A stretch of DNA of 63,985 bases, the filler included, from Reclinomonas americana ATCC 50394 (taxonomy: Eukaryota): NCBI GenBank assembly GCA_048213135.1. It is 5 parts of 4 records of this genome, joined end to end, with 100 filler letters (N's around TTAATTAATTAA, not from the genome) between each part and the next. Parts side by side here need not be neighbours in the genome. Positions count along the whole stretch, not along the records: positions 1 to 24,683 come from PS015137.1; 4 more parts are not named here. One strand, 5' to 3'. The position numbers were made by a program, and so were the translations under genes. Positions 1 to 12,210 of this stretch are shown here, in pieces (position 1 is the stretch's first letter; the number at the start of each line of letters is the position of its first letter). The notes under the pieces were generated by a model. The model searched no databases. It was not told the origin of the DNA and was given only the letters and a program-made list of their open reading frames with translations.

Positions 1-517
1 AGTATCAGTACGCCGATCGGGAGCGCATTGGCATTGGCGGCAGCGCACAGTTGCGCGATGGAGCTTGCGATGTGTGCTTGAGAGATTGTACTCACTCGGT
101 GCATTCGTTTGTAGGGGCCTCAAGTTCGCACTGTGCCTCGACTCCACCTTCCAGCGCGGTCACTCGCACAGCCGGCGCACATTCGACAATCCCGTGCTGG
201 CGTCGTCCGAGGAGTTCCAGGTGTATCGTGTGGAGCTGTTGCATTTCATCGACCCGGTCGTAGGTGAGTGGAGGTGGGGAGGAAGAGAAAATCTCACACA
301 GCGGTCTAACCTTCCTGGGTGCCGCAGAGGAGGACGAGATCTACAGAAAAGGCGGCAATCAGAAGAAGTCAGTGTTGGATCACGAGGACATGGTTTGTGC
401 ACGTGTTTCCCCATCTGCCTTTCCTTTGCCACGCGCACCGCTTACCTCTCCCGCTCGCAGTTCTTGCTGGATGCCATAGGAAAGACCGTGAGCCGCGATG
501 TGGCACCACGCGAGTAA
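1..517 (+). CDS. TLDc-domain protein (OXR1/NCOA7-like), 3' portion, spliced
   Basis: IGIGG..GLKFALCLDSTFQRGHSHSRRTFDNPVLASSEEFQVYRVEL matches the TLDc C-terminus. Inferred exons <1-49, 115-263, 461-517. Confidence 0.8.
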   Translation, partial: VSVRRSGAHWHWRQRTVARWSLRCVLERLYSLGAFVCRGLKFALCLDSTFQRGHSHSRRTFDNPVLASSEEFQVYRVELLHFIDPVVGEWRWGGRENLTQRSNLPGCRRGGRDLQKRRQSEEVSVGSRGHGLCTCFPICLSFATRTAYLSRSQFLLDAIGKTVSRDVAPRE

Positions 518-650
518 CAATGAGTCGACATATTGTATTCAGCCTGCTGTTTATTAATTATCCGATTATGTAGCCTTCGCTCTGCAGAGCGGCCTCGATG
601 ATGGGCACCTCGGTCTCCGAGAACCAGTGCTGTGCGACAAATGCGTGAGT

Positions 651-3600
651 TCAATGTGCCACAGTGCAGGTCGAAAAAAGTACCGCATGACGCACCCTGA
701 GCTCGGAGAACATGCGTGCCAGCGTGTCGACCGTGGTCAGCTTGCCGCTCAGATCGCGCACCATCTCGTCCACCTCATCCTGCGTCCACTCGAGTCGCTC
801 GCGCAGCCGACCAAAGAACTCGGCCGTGGAATGCGGCGCCCCGGACCCTTCGCCCATTAATTCATCGTCGTGATCCACCTGCATGCCTCCCGCATGGCCA
901 GTCGTCACCTTCACCTCCTCTCCCGTCACATCCACCTCCATGTTCTTTCCAATTTCCTCCACCACCTCTCCTTTTGAGTCTCTCAATTCAGCCGCCTCTA
1001 CCTTGGCCGCAGCACTGTCTTTTGGCCGCCTTTCACCATCGTCCCGTCGCGCACTTCCATTCACCAACACCGCGCCGTCACCACTCTTCTCCTCGTCCCC
1101 CGCAATCTCCTCCTCGCACACGCGCATTACGCACAACTCGGATGACCGTGCCTCCGGTTGCCCGCCAAACGTGATCAAGAACGAATCCACTTGCACCATC
1201 GAGTGACAGTAGACTGCGTTCTGCCTTTCCTCGACGTGCTCTGCGCCACCGCCCTTGTATGCTAATGACACACACTTGCGCGATTCTGCACCCCACGTAG
1301 CACGTGATGAGAAGCACGGAAGGGGAAGTACGCTCGCGGAAGGGAAGCCACAGCGCACCGAAATCCAGCAACTGGGCCCGATCTGTGCAAAGCACGCCGT
1401 CGCCACTCATCGAATACTCGACCACTCCACCGTGCACGTACGTGAAGCCCGGGCGCGCTGTATCTTGCACAAACGCAAAGTGCACGCTCGGTACCTGCAA
1501 GAGTAAGCCATCGACACGGGTCCACGACTTGCGAGCGGCCGCTGCATGCCGGCACGCCAATCAGCTCACAATGGGACGGGAGAGCTGTAACAGCTGAAAA
1601 AAACGCACTCAAATCAACCATCCACACGTCGCCGAGGATGCGACCGCCTCCGCCCACTCCGCCAAACACATACAAACAGTCGCTAAAGACCACAGCTCCG
1701 TGGCCGAAGCGGCGGACCTCGGGCGGTGCGTTGTCGTTGCTGATGATCTCCGTCCAGTGCCCGACAACTGTGTGGGGGGAAAAGGGGAAGGGGTGGGGAA
1801 GGGAGAAGGAAAAGCGAAGAGTGGGGAAGGGGGAGGGAAATTCACAAGAGGCAGAGAGTATCAAGAGTGAGGGCGACAGGAAGGGAGGGAGGGAGGGAGG
1901 AGGAGAGGGAGGGAGAGGGAGAGGGAGAGGGAGAGGAGAGGAGAGGAGAGGAGGGGAGAGGAGAGAGAGGACACTGCCACTTTAGCGTAGCGCGGCATAG
2001 AGTATCACGAGTGAGGGCGAGAAAGAGGAGAGGGAGAGAGAGAGAGAGAGAGTGAGTATTCAACTACGAAGGCAATCGTGCAGGAACACTGTGCATGTGT
2101 GGTCATAAGACACTGCGGCCCTCTGATTGAAAGGAGTAAGAGTTAGAAACTATTGCGGCAAGGAAGAGAGGGAACGAAGAGTGAATACTGAAGTCATGAA
2201 CTAGCACGGCGAGAGACTGAGAAATGATCGCAAATGCAGGAGAACTGGAACAACGTGCGCGCTGCAGCTCACTTGAATGCGAGTCCATGAGCGGAGAGAC
2301 AGAACATCGGGGAGTTTGTGAGCTTCCAGCGGCTTCTTGCGAACACGGGGTCTGAGAGATTGAAAGATATTAACGGGAAGAGGAAAGGGAACGCAGGGCT
2401 GCCGCAGCAGCTTCTCCTGAGCACGGGGTGAGAATGAACCTCGATAAGAAACAGTTGTCAAACAAGAGGCAGAACAAAGAAGCGCACCAGGAAACAGAAA
2501 GCTGATTCTGGAAGCGACAATACAGAGAGACGGAAGTGGATTTCACCCCCTTCTCCAACCCCGCACCTCTTGAAAACACCCAGACATCGCCCAACGTGCC
2601 CGCCGAACAGCGGCCACCACACATGACCACCTTGTCCCTGTACCCGGTTATGGAGTGGTCGGCTCGGGCCAAAAACGACGGTGGGCTTCTTATGGACCTC
2701 CATTGAAGCAATTCTGCTCGAGTGAGTAGAGTGAGCAGCAACACGCTACTACTGACCACCTCTGCTCCTCAACACAAAAAAACGCACCCACAGTGTACAC
2801 CCAGCAGTCGCGCAGAAAGTGCGATGAATCCGTCTTCCCGCCCACCATGAACACCTGCGCCCCATTCTCCATCGCACACAGTGCGTGGCCGTGGCGGCCC
2901 GTGGGTTGGCGGAATGGGCGCATGTGGCGCCACGATGCGAGTGTCTCTTCGTCCAACAGCAGGACTTCGCACTCCTCGCCGCCGCTACCGCCAATCGAGA
3001 GCACTTCGCGAGCGGGAGTCACAATCATGGCGTGGCCCTCGCAGGAGGCGTTGGTGGTGCACGAGAAGAAGGGCTCGAGGTGGAGGCGCAGTCGTTCCAG
3101 CGGGCGTCTGCGGGAAAGGAAGGGGGGAGAAGGGGAAAGGAGGAGTGATGAGAGAGGGCGGAGTGAGACGGTGGCATCTTTGCATGCAAGCGATGAGCGG
3201 AAATGCACACAGGAGATGACAACACAGAGTGTTGGAGGAATACGAAGGAAAGTAGACGGAAAGACACCATGGCAATAGCTGGATGCGTGGGGGGATGGTG
3301 CTGGGGGAACACAAGATGTGGACGAAGAAGAGGACGAAAGACGGTGGAGTACAGACGAGATCGATGAGAGTGCAGGCGATGATGAAGCGCAAAGTGTCAC
3401 AGAGGCAGACGAAGCGACAACACATCGGTGCGACTGCGGAGGAGGATCACACGAAGGCAGTGGTAGAGCGAAGAGAGAGGAGCGACGATAAGACAAACGG
3501 ATGCAAGGTGCAGATAACAGTGAGCTGAAGAAAGTGCAGTGACAATGTATGAGTCAGACAGACACAGGGATCGACAAGATATTGTTGACTGTGTGGGGTT

Positions 3601-5307
3601 ACAGACTGTGCGAGTGGGGGAAGAGCCACAGATAGAGTCGGCGACATCGTGGAGTACGAAGAGCGTGACTGGACTCCACAATGAGATACAGGGTCCTAGC
3701 TACGCACCTTGACGATCGAGCAGATGAATCTGGACTTGGCGCTGACTTCACCGGTGATGGTTTGTGTCCCTTATCCACTCGCCTCCTGCACTCGCTAACA
3801 CGTGAGAGGCGAATGGGCGAGAGAGAGAGAGAGAGAGATGTGCAGATCGGCGAACCTTTTATCCTGTGGAAACGCAAGATGAGAAGATGAAGCAACAAAG
3901 GGATGAGAAAAGCGCGTGACACTCACCGGTGGTTCGTCGGCATTTGCGGATCTACACAGCAGCAGCGATGAGTTGTGGGAAGGGGTGCAGGAGAGATGCG
4001 ATGGAAGAGTAAAAGAGCTGCGACAGCGTACCTTGGAGACCCGACCTGCACAAGAGAGCAGATCAATGAAGTGAGCGAGAATCGTTCAGCAAATCGTCGA
4101 CGTGAGAGGAGAACGAAACAAGCACTTCGCAAGCAGGATCACGGGATGCACGACTCAAAGGAAGAAAGAGAGGAACAAGTGACTGAGCGATGCATAGCGT
4201 GTTCGAGACGGCGAGAAAGGCACAGTCGATCTCTTCGCCGCAAGAATGAGAACGAAGAGCGTGCACATGCAGGATGAGGGAATGCAAGACAGATGAGCGC
4301 GCTCGAGGGCAGTCGATCTCGTTGCCGACAAGAGAGAAAGAATGAAGAACGTGAGATCGATCTTTTACGATCAGAGGATTGCAGAGAGAGGGAGAGAGAA
4401 AGAACAACGCACAGTCAACCTCATCGCCTGCACGAATGGGAGAGAACGGGCGAGCGAGAGACAGCGAGGATAACGTGCGACTGATCGTTGCATACGATCA
4501 GAGGAATGCAAGATAGATTGAGAGAGCGAGAGAGAGAGAACAACGCTCATCGCCTGCACGATTGTAAGCGAGAGACAGCGAGGATAGCGTTCGACTGATC
4601 GTTGCATACGATCAGAGGAATTGAGAGAGAGAGAGAGAACAACGCACAGTCGACCTGCACGATTGTGTGTGTGTGTGTGTGAGAGAGAGCGCGCGACTAA
4701 TCGTTACGATCAGACGAATGCAAAAGAAGGCGCAGGACCTGCGCCGAAGAGAGAGAGATCAGAACGTGCGAATGATCATTGCACACGATCAGAGGAATGC
4801 AAGACACATGGGAGATTGAGAGAGGGAAAGAGAGAGAGAGAGGACACTTGATCTCATAGTCTGCACGATTGCAAGACCGAGAGTGAGCGAAAAGAACAGC
4901 GTGCGACTGATCGTTGCATAAGATCAGAGGAATGCAAAGACAGATGAAAGAGAGAGAGAGAGAAAGAGAGAGAGAGAAAACACGCGACTGATCGTTACGA
5001 ACACACGAAGCAACACACGGATTGTGCGAGAGAACATCACTCACACACACACAGTCGATCAGTGCACGAATGCACGAACGAGCGCGTGCACCCCACAAAA
5101 CGAGAAACACACAGAGAGAGAGACAGAGAGAGAACATAAAGATCCCTTTCTCAATGATAACAATCACTCACTCACCGTTACCATTAACGCATCGCCACTG
5201 TTTCGCTTCCTCGCCTGCGGTCGCTTGGAAGGCGAGAGAGAGGAAGGCGGAAGTGTCTTGGAAGGCGAAGAGGCAGAAGAAGAGGAAGAGCGCGCGTGTG
5301 TTGACAT
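651..5307 (-). CDS. Kelch-repeat protein, multi-exon; boundaries approximate
   Basis: Kelch blades RHGHALC..VFMVGG..RDCW, RADHSI..VMCGG..GDVW and RFGHGAV..LYVFGG..GDVW. Candidate first exon 5307-5176 (MSTHARSSSS...) ends at a GTGAGT donor. Confidence 0.7.
3960..5170. repeat. Degenerate intronic minisatellite
   Basis: Recurrent motifs GATCAGAGGAATGCAAGA and CGACTGATCGTTGCATA interspersed with (AG)n. Confidence 0.65.
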
Positions 5308-5368
5308 AGTGACAGTGAGTGACGCGCGCGAGTACGTAGAGACAGTGTGATTGATTGTCTGTTGAGGA

Positions 5369-5604
5369 ATGGTGTGCGCGTGGGGAGTGTGAGTGAGAGA
5401 GAGTGTGTGTGCAGTGAGGGAGAGAGAGAGAGTGAGTGAGCGAGTGTGTGAGAGAGTGAGTGAGTGTGTGTGTGTGTGTGTGAGTGAGTGAGTGAGTAAG
5501 TGAGTAAGTGAGTGAGTGAGAGAGAGAGAGTGAGTGTGAGTAAGTGAGCGAGAGAGAGAGAGAGAGAGTGAGTGTGTNNNNNNNNNNNNNNNNNNNNCGC
5601 CCCG

Positions 5605-5667
<63 letters not shown>

Positions 5668-7726
5668 GTGCATGTGTGTGCATTGATAGCCTTTCCTTCG
5701 CTTTCGACATCTTGTCTCCTCTCCCTCCCTCTCTCACCCTCACTCTCACACAGACAGTGCTCCACTCATGCACACACACTCTCTCTCATACCCCTTTTCT
5801 CTCGCTCTTTCTCTCTCTCTGCATCTCTGTCTGTGGGAGCCAAATGCATGTTGACCAATCTCTTTTTTTTTTTCTTGCAGTCGTCGATTGCTGACGAGTT
5901 TCTGGCGGACTTGGGCGACGATGCCGATGACTTGGGGAGCAGGTATGTTGACAAGAAGACTCACAGTCTGTCTGTAGTCTTGTCTTTCCTCGCTCTGTCA
6001 GCCCCGTTCTCCTCTCTTGCTCCCTTTCTCACTTCTTCCTCCTTCAGCTCTGCATTCCCTTCACTCCACCCTGTCTCCATTCTGTCCCTTTCTCGCCTCT
6101 TGTCTTATCATCCACCCTTTCTTTCTTGTCTCCTCCTTCCTTGTGTCTCTGCATCATCATTGACTCTTCTACCAACCCCCATTCCGTGCCTCCTCCTCGC
6201 TCCTTTGTTTCTTCCCCATGTCACATCTCTTCGCCCCACCCTCTGCCTCCTTCCTCCCTCCGTCCTCCGTCCTTTTTCTCACTTTCCCTTCACCCTCCCC
6301 GCCCGCAGCGAAAAATTCTCCTCCGGCATCGGCGCCTCCTCCTCCTCCTCCCTCGCCTCTGCGCTGGCCGGCGCCGCTGGCATGGACGTGGACCGGGGCG
6401 GCTCGGACGACGACGATGACGATGACTTTTCCGGCGACTCGGACGACGATGAGTTTAGCGATGAGGGCGGTGCGGCGGGACCGAGTGGATCAAGAGGCGG
6501 GCCGTCGAGCCTGCTGCAGCAGCAGGCGCAGCAGCCGGAGGAGTCGTTCTCGAAGGTCTGTGGCGCAGCCCTTCTTCTCCTCCTCCTTCTCCTCCTCCTC
6601 CTCCTCTTCCTCCTCCTTCTCCTTTCCCTCACCCCCTTCGCCTCCTTCTCCTTTCCCTCACCCCCTTTCCCTCCCCCAGCTCATGGACGTGGACAACCTG
6701 GTCAAGCTCCCTCGCGACGCCGACCTGCATACACACCTCGTGGCCATCGATGCCGCCATGCAGTCGGACCGCGAGGCCGATCCGTTCGCCTCGCCGCTGG
6801 AGACCGATCGCGAGTATCCGCTCCTGCTGCACAGCAACAAGTACATTGTGCAGATCGACGACGAGGTGGCGCTGATTCACAAGTTTATTCGTGACCACTA
6901 CGCGAAAAAGTTCCCCGAGTTGGAGAACACGGTGCCGAACTCGCTCGATTATGCGCGTGTGGTGAAGCGCATTCAGAACGAGACCGACATGACAGCGGTG
7001 CAACTGGCCGATATTCTGCCGCAGGCCACCATTATGATTCTGTCGGTCACCGGTTCCGCCACGGTGGGCTCGGCGCTGCCGGAGGATGAGTTGCGGGCGG
7101 TGGTCCACGCCTGCGACACCATGCTGCTGCTCGACGAGTACAAGCACAAGGTGCGTTTGAGGAGAGAGGGAGAGAGAGTGGGAGTGTGGGAAGGACGCTG
7201 ACTAGTGGGGGATGCAGATTCTGACATATGTGCGGAGTCGCATGAACTATGTGGCGCCGAACACGAGCACACTGGTCGGCACGGCAGTGGCGGCGCAGTT
7301 GATTGGCGCGGCCGGCGGTTTGACAGCGCTGTCCAAGTTGCCGGCATGCAACGTGCAGGTTTGTCAAGTACGGTCCATTCAGTGCGTTCATGGAAACGTG
7401 GGCGCTCACTGCTGCTCTGCGCGCAGCTCCTCGGTGTCAGTCGCAAGATTCTGTCGGGTTTCTCATCACGAGCCACCACTCGCCACGTCGGTTTCGTGCA
7501 CGATGCGGAGGTTGTCGGCACGGCGCCACCGGATTTGCGCAAGAAGACTGCGAAGGAGGTGGCAGCCAAGTTGCGTTATGGGGGAAACGGCAGGGAGGGA
7601 GAATGGGGTCAAGGAGGAAGGGATGAGAGAGAGAGAGGGAGGAAGAGAGACAGCGGGATAGGCAATACAGAGCAGCGAGAGGAGGGGGTGAGGAGAACAG
7701 AGAGTGCAGGAGAGAGAGAGAGTCCG

Positions 7727-7770
<44 letters not shown>

Positions 7771-9671
7771 GGAAGACGAACAGACGAGGAGGGAGAGAGA
7801 AGGGAGAGTGACCAGAATAGGAGAGAATGCGAGCAGAGAGCGCAGCAGAAAAGAGAGAGGGAGAGAGAAGAGAGAGAGAGAGAGCAGAGGAGAGAGACAG
7901 AGAAGGGGAGAAGGAGAGAGCAGAGGAGAGTGAAAGTGCAGAGGGTGCGAAAAGGGGGAGTGAGCAGAAGTGAGAAGCGATGCTAAAGAGCTCCAATTTA
8001 AGCGGGAGAGCTTTGCAGGCATAGGCAGAAGTGGAGATGGCAGATAAGAGTGACGCTTAGTCGTTCAGAAGACGCAGGGAGTCACATATGTCTTGAAACG
8101 CGAGAACTGATCGAGTGGCTAGAGTGTGTGCTCATCCTTTCGATCATTCTCCTCACTCTCTTGTCTTGTTCACAGATGCTCGCTGGCCGCCCGCATCGAC
8201 AGCTTCCGCGACGACATGTCGGGAGCCACGGGTGCACGGTACCTGGAGGAGATCAAGCGAAAGGTGGAGAAGTGGCAGGAACCACCACCATCCAAGCAGG
8301 AGAAACCGCTGCCGGCGCCGGACATGGGTGGCAACAAGAAGAGGAGGGGAGGCAGGAGGTTTGGATCTCTATGGACACGAGGATATCACACCGCTGCCTG
8401 CTCACTGCTTGTCGACGCAGAACACGTCGTCTGAAGGAGCGTTACAAGCAGACGGAACTGCGCAAGTTGACCAACCGCCTGAAGTTTGGAGTGGCGGAGG
8501 AGTTTTATGGGTTGGAGCAGAAGGGTCTCGGATTGCTGGGCGTGCAGGGTAGTGGCAAGCTGAGGGTGATGCAGGCGGATCAGAAGAGTTGCGTTGGGGA
8601 AGGGAGGGAGGGGGAGGGGGAGGGGGAGGGAGAGGGAGGGGAAGGGAGGTGGAGGGAGAGGGAGAGGATGAGTGTGCATCTGTTTATGACGTCCCTTTCA
8701 ACTTGTGCCTGCCTCCATGGATTTCTGTCACCTGATATGAAGTGTGCATGTACCTCGCTCAGTGCAACAGGTGTCGTACATTGTGACGTATTTGTGTGTT
8801 CGACTGTCTCTGTCTCCGTTCGTGTGGTGCGTATTTTCGCCGGTGAAGCAAGTGCCTTTCTCTGTGCTCGATTGCACGCATGTATCTCCCTCCGCACGCA
8901 AGATCTCCATTCGTGTGCTTTATTCTTGTGTCTGCATTTCTGCCGCACATCACAGACGCGTGTTGTGCATATATCTCCCTCCGCGGACAAGTGCATCTCT
9001 TTGTGCGACCTATTCTTGTGTCTGCACTTCTGCCTCAAGCTATCTGGTCTGATTTTGTGCCTCTCTTTGAAGCAAGTGTCTTTCTTTGCACGTCGCGTCA
9101 TGAGCGCTCCGAGGATGAGAGCCTGAGAGCTTGAGAGAACACAGAATATACACAGAAGAAGAAATTCAGCGCGAAGGACGCGAGAGAGACGCCTGATTCG
9201 TAAAGCCACACATGCATGTGAACCGGCAGAAGACAGAAATGCACATGCGCATAGAGTGCAAGGGAAGACGCAATACAATAGGCTGCGTGGTTTACCTTGT
9301 CTCTTGTGTGCAAGTGTCTTTTTCTGCCTGCCTCGCTCTGCAGACTTCCTCATTCCCTCTGTCTGCCTTGCTCTCTCTTCTCTCTCCCACCATCTCCTTC
9401 GTCGCCTCCCCCCTCTTACCCTCCCTCACTATTTGCCCTCTCCCTTCTCCCTCTTGCAGCGAAAGCCAAGGTGCCGAAGAACATGATGAAGCGCCTGCAG
9501 TCAGAAGGCCGCAGCATGCCCGGCGGCATGACCTCGATGTTCGCCATGACGCCCGTGCAGGGCATTGAGCTGCAGAACCCACTGGCGCGTCTGGAAAAGG
9601 TCAAGCAGGCCAACGCTGGCTACTTTTCGAGCACCGCCGGCTTTGTCAAGCCCAAGCCGGTGGAGAAGTAA
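5369..9671 (+). CDS. PRPF31: U4/U6 snRNP splicing factor Prp31
   Basis: [11 protein letters not shown]-terminus; [17 protein letters not shown]; Nop domain ([29 protein letters not shown]); [35 protein letters not shown]. About 9 exons; the ATG-only first exon at 5369 is inferred. Confidence 0.95.
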
Positions 9672-9775
9672 CCGTATCATTACCACAAGAGCGACGGAGG
9701 AGAAGGAAAGAGAAAAAAGAACAACCAATGCAATACCCTTACTCGTCTATTCGATTCACATGCGTGCGCGCCTCA

Positions 9776-10320
9776 TTAGAACACGTGCACAAAGTTGGAG
9801 AAGAGCGTCCAGAACATGATAAACGTGGTGAGACTGGTGCCGAGACCCTCCAGCCACACGGAGCTGGGGTGCTTGAAGACGGCGAGCACCGAGGGTTGTG
9901 CCAGTCGCCGTTGCACGATGAAACCGCTGAGGCCGAGGGAGAGCACCACGTAGAGGAGGAGGCCGATGAAGCCGTGCAGGCCGAGGATGCCGGCGACCAT
10001 GCCGGCGAGGAGGGAGGTGAAGACGCGCCTGTGGGAAGTGGGGGAAGGGAAAAGGGAAGGGAGAAAGGAGAAGGAAGAGGGAGAGTGGATGAGCGAGGAA
10101 CTGAAGGAGGAGAGGAGCGACAGCTGCTAGTGTCATGAGTGCCTGCAATGTGTGTTCTCTCAGCACGTGTGTGAGAGGGGGCGACGGAGGCAGATCGGAG
10201 AGTGGGCAGTGCAACGTGAGATATGTGTTCTCCTGGTGTCACCGTGTCCACAACATGCACTAGAGGGTGAGTGCTCGATCTCACCACGTGTGTATGTTCG
10301 TGTGCACCGGAAGGAGACAA
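9776..10320 (-). CDS. EMC6: ER membrane protein complex subunit 6; 5' end approximate
   Basis: AGMVAGILGLHGFIG...EGLGTSLTTFIMFWTLFSNFVHVF* is the EMC6 signature. Last exon 10029-9776. Confidence 0.88.
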
Positions 10321-10382
10321 TGGTATAAGAGTGAGAGTGCGAGCGACAGCTGCTCGGGCCCACAGCTGAGAGAAACTGAGAA

Positions 10383-10424
<42 letters not shown>

Positions 10425-10584
10425 GTGTGTACGTAGTAGTAGGTAGGTACGGTAGGAGGTAGGTAGGTACGGTCGGTCGTCGTCGTCGTCCGACCGTACG
10501 ACGTACGTACGTNNNNNNNNNNNNNNNNNNNNAAAGTAGTCGTTCTACACGACGACTTGTAGACGCGTCTCTCTCTCGTCGACC

Positions 10585-10629
<45 letters not shown>

Positions 10630-10810
10630 GGGTGTGTGTGTGTGTGATAGAGAGAGAGAGAGAGAGAGCGAGAAAGTGAGGCAACGGAATGAGTGTGGCG
10701 ACAGCTTCTCATGTCACACGTGCTCACAGCTGCTCTCTATCTCTCTCACTCTGACTCAATCAGTGCATGGATGTGCAAGCGAGTGAATGATTGGCACACA
10801 CACGCATCGC

Positions 10811-10844
<34 letters not shown>

Positions 10845-11137
10845 CACACACACACATACACACTCTCTTGCCACACAGCACTCCTTCTCCACCTCTCTCT
10901 CACTCTCTCTCTCTCTCTCAATTCACTCACAAGTTCGTCACTGTGCGCGAATTGTATGCCACCGCGCCCTCATCCACCGCGTTGAACACTTCTCGTGTGC
11001 GATCGGCCATTCACTGCTCTCAACGAGACACACACAAAGAGATGACACGACACAATCTGCAGGACACCTCCCAGTCGACGTTCCACCTGCTCTCCTCTCT
11101 GCTGGCCAGCGCTGTTGCTATTGCTGTAGGAGGTACT

Positions 11138-12210
11138 TTACACATCAGCTCGCATCATGCGGTCAAAGTCTCGGAAACTGACTCGCCCGTCGCCGTCTGC
11201 GGTGCGTGAAGTTGTCAGGAGAGGGGAAAAGGCGTCAAAGATGACGGAGGGTCTCACCTGAGTCGATCTCGCGGAACACTTGTTCAATGGTGCTCTCGGC
11301 CGTGCGCGGGGCTACCTTGTGGAAGGCCTCGCGGACTTGCTCCAGAACGAGGAAACCGCGATCTGTGGGAAAGGGCGAACAGGATGGGCACGAGAACGAG
11401 AAAAAGGGAGATATCTCCTGGCGGAGAAGCTCATAAGCGGACAAGGCGAAGAGGATGGGAAGGAGCAGAGAGCGCAAGTAAGGAAGATCTCCTGGCGGAG
11501 AAGCTCATAAGTGGAAAGGGCGAAGAGGATGGGTACGAGAACGGGAAGCAGGCAAGGAAGAGACACCTTGGCGGAGAAGCTCAGACAAGTCAGTGAATCC
11601 ACCAACGAAGATCACGAAGAAAACGACACTGCGAACAGGATAAGCGACGCGGACACACGGCAGGAAAGAGAAAGCGAGTGGACCCATAGTGGGCGATGAG
11701 GGGCACAAGTCAACAGGATGAGTTCCGAGTGCTTCTCCCTCCCCGACGCACCTTGATAATCAAAAGCCTTGAAGATCTGCCGCACATACTCGGCATCGCT
11801 GATGCGCCGCAGCTTGTCGACAGTGAGCAACAGGAACTCATCCAGCGTAATGGAGACGCGCGCCGCTCGCGGATCATCGGCGGCCAGCACTTCCTCCTCT
11901 CCTCCTCCACCTGCTTCTCGCTCCGGATGCGCCACGACGCGTGGTGGAAACAGTCGTGCCAGCTCAAACTGCACGCGCATATGAGACAGTGAGAGGAGAA
12001 GGAAGTGGTGGGTGTGAAGTTGGGCGCAACTTTGGAAGGGTTGAAGCCAAAGAGCATCAAGTGGGCGAGCTTGTAGCCGCGACGATCCAGCGCTGGAAGA
12101 GGAGAGAGCAGGGTGAGTGAAGAGACAAGAGACAGGCAGAGAAGGAGACACCACCAGCGGCCTTGACTCAAGTGGAGGGATGCGTCACTCAGTCCCTCGA
12201 CCGCACGGCA
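11138..12210 (-). CDS. EFCAB11: EF-hand calcium-binding protein, EFCAB11-like; 5' end lost near the gap
   Basis: LMLFGFNPSKFE; VRQIFKAFDYQ-RGFLVLEQVREAFHKVAP..IEQVFREID-DGDGRVSFRDF. Confidence 0.78.
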
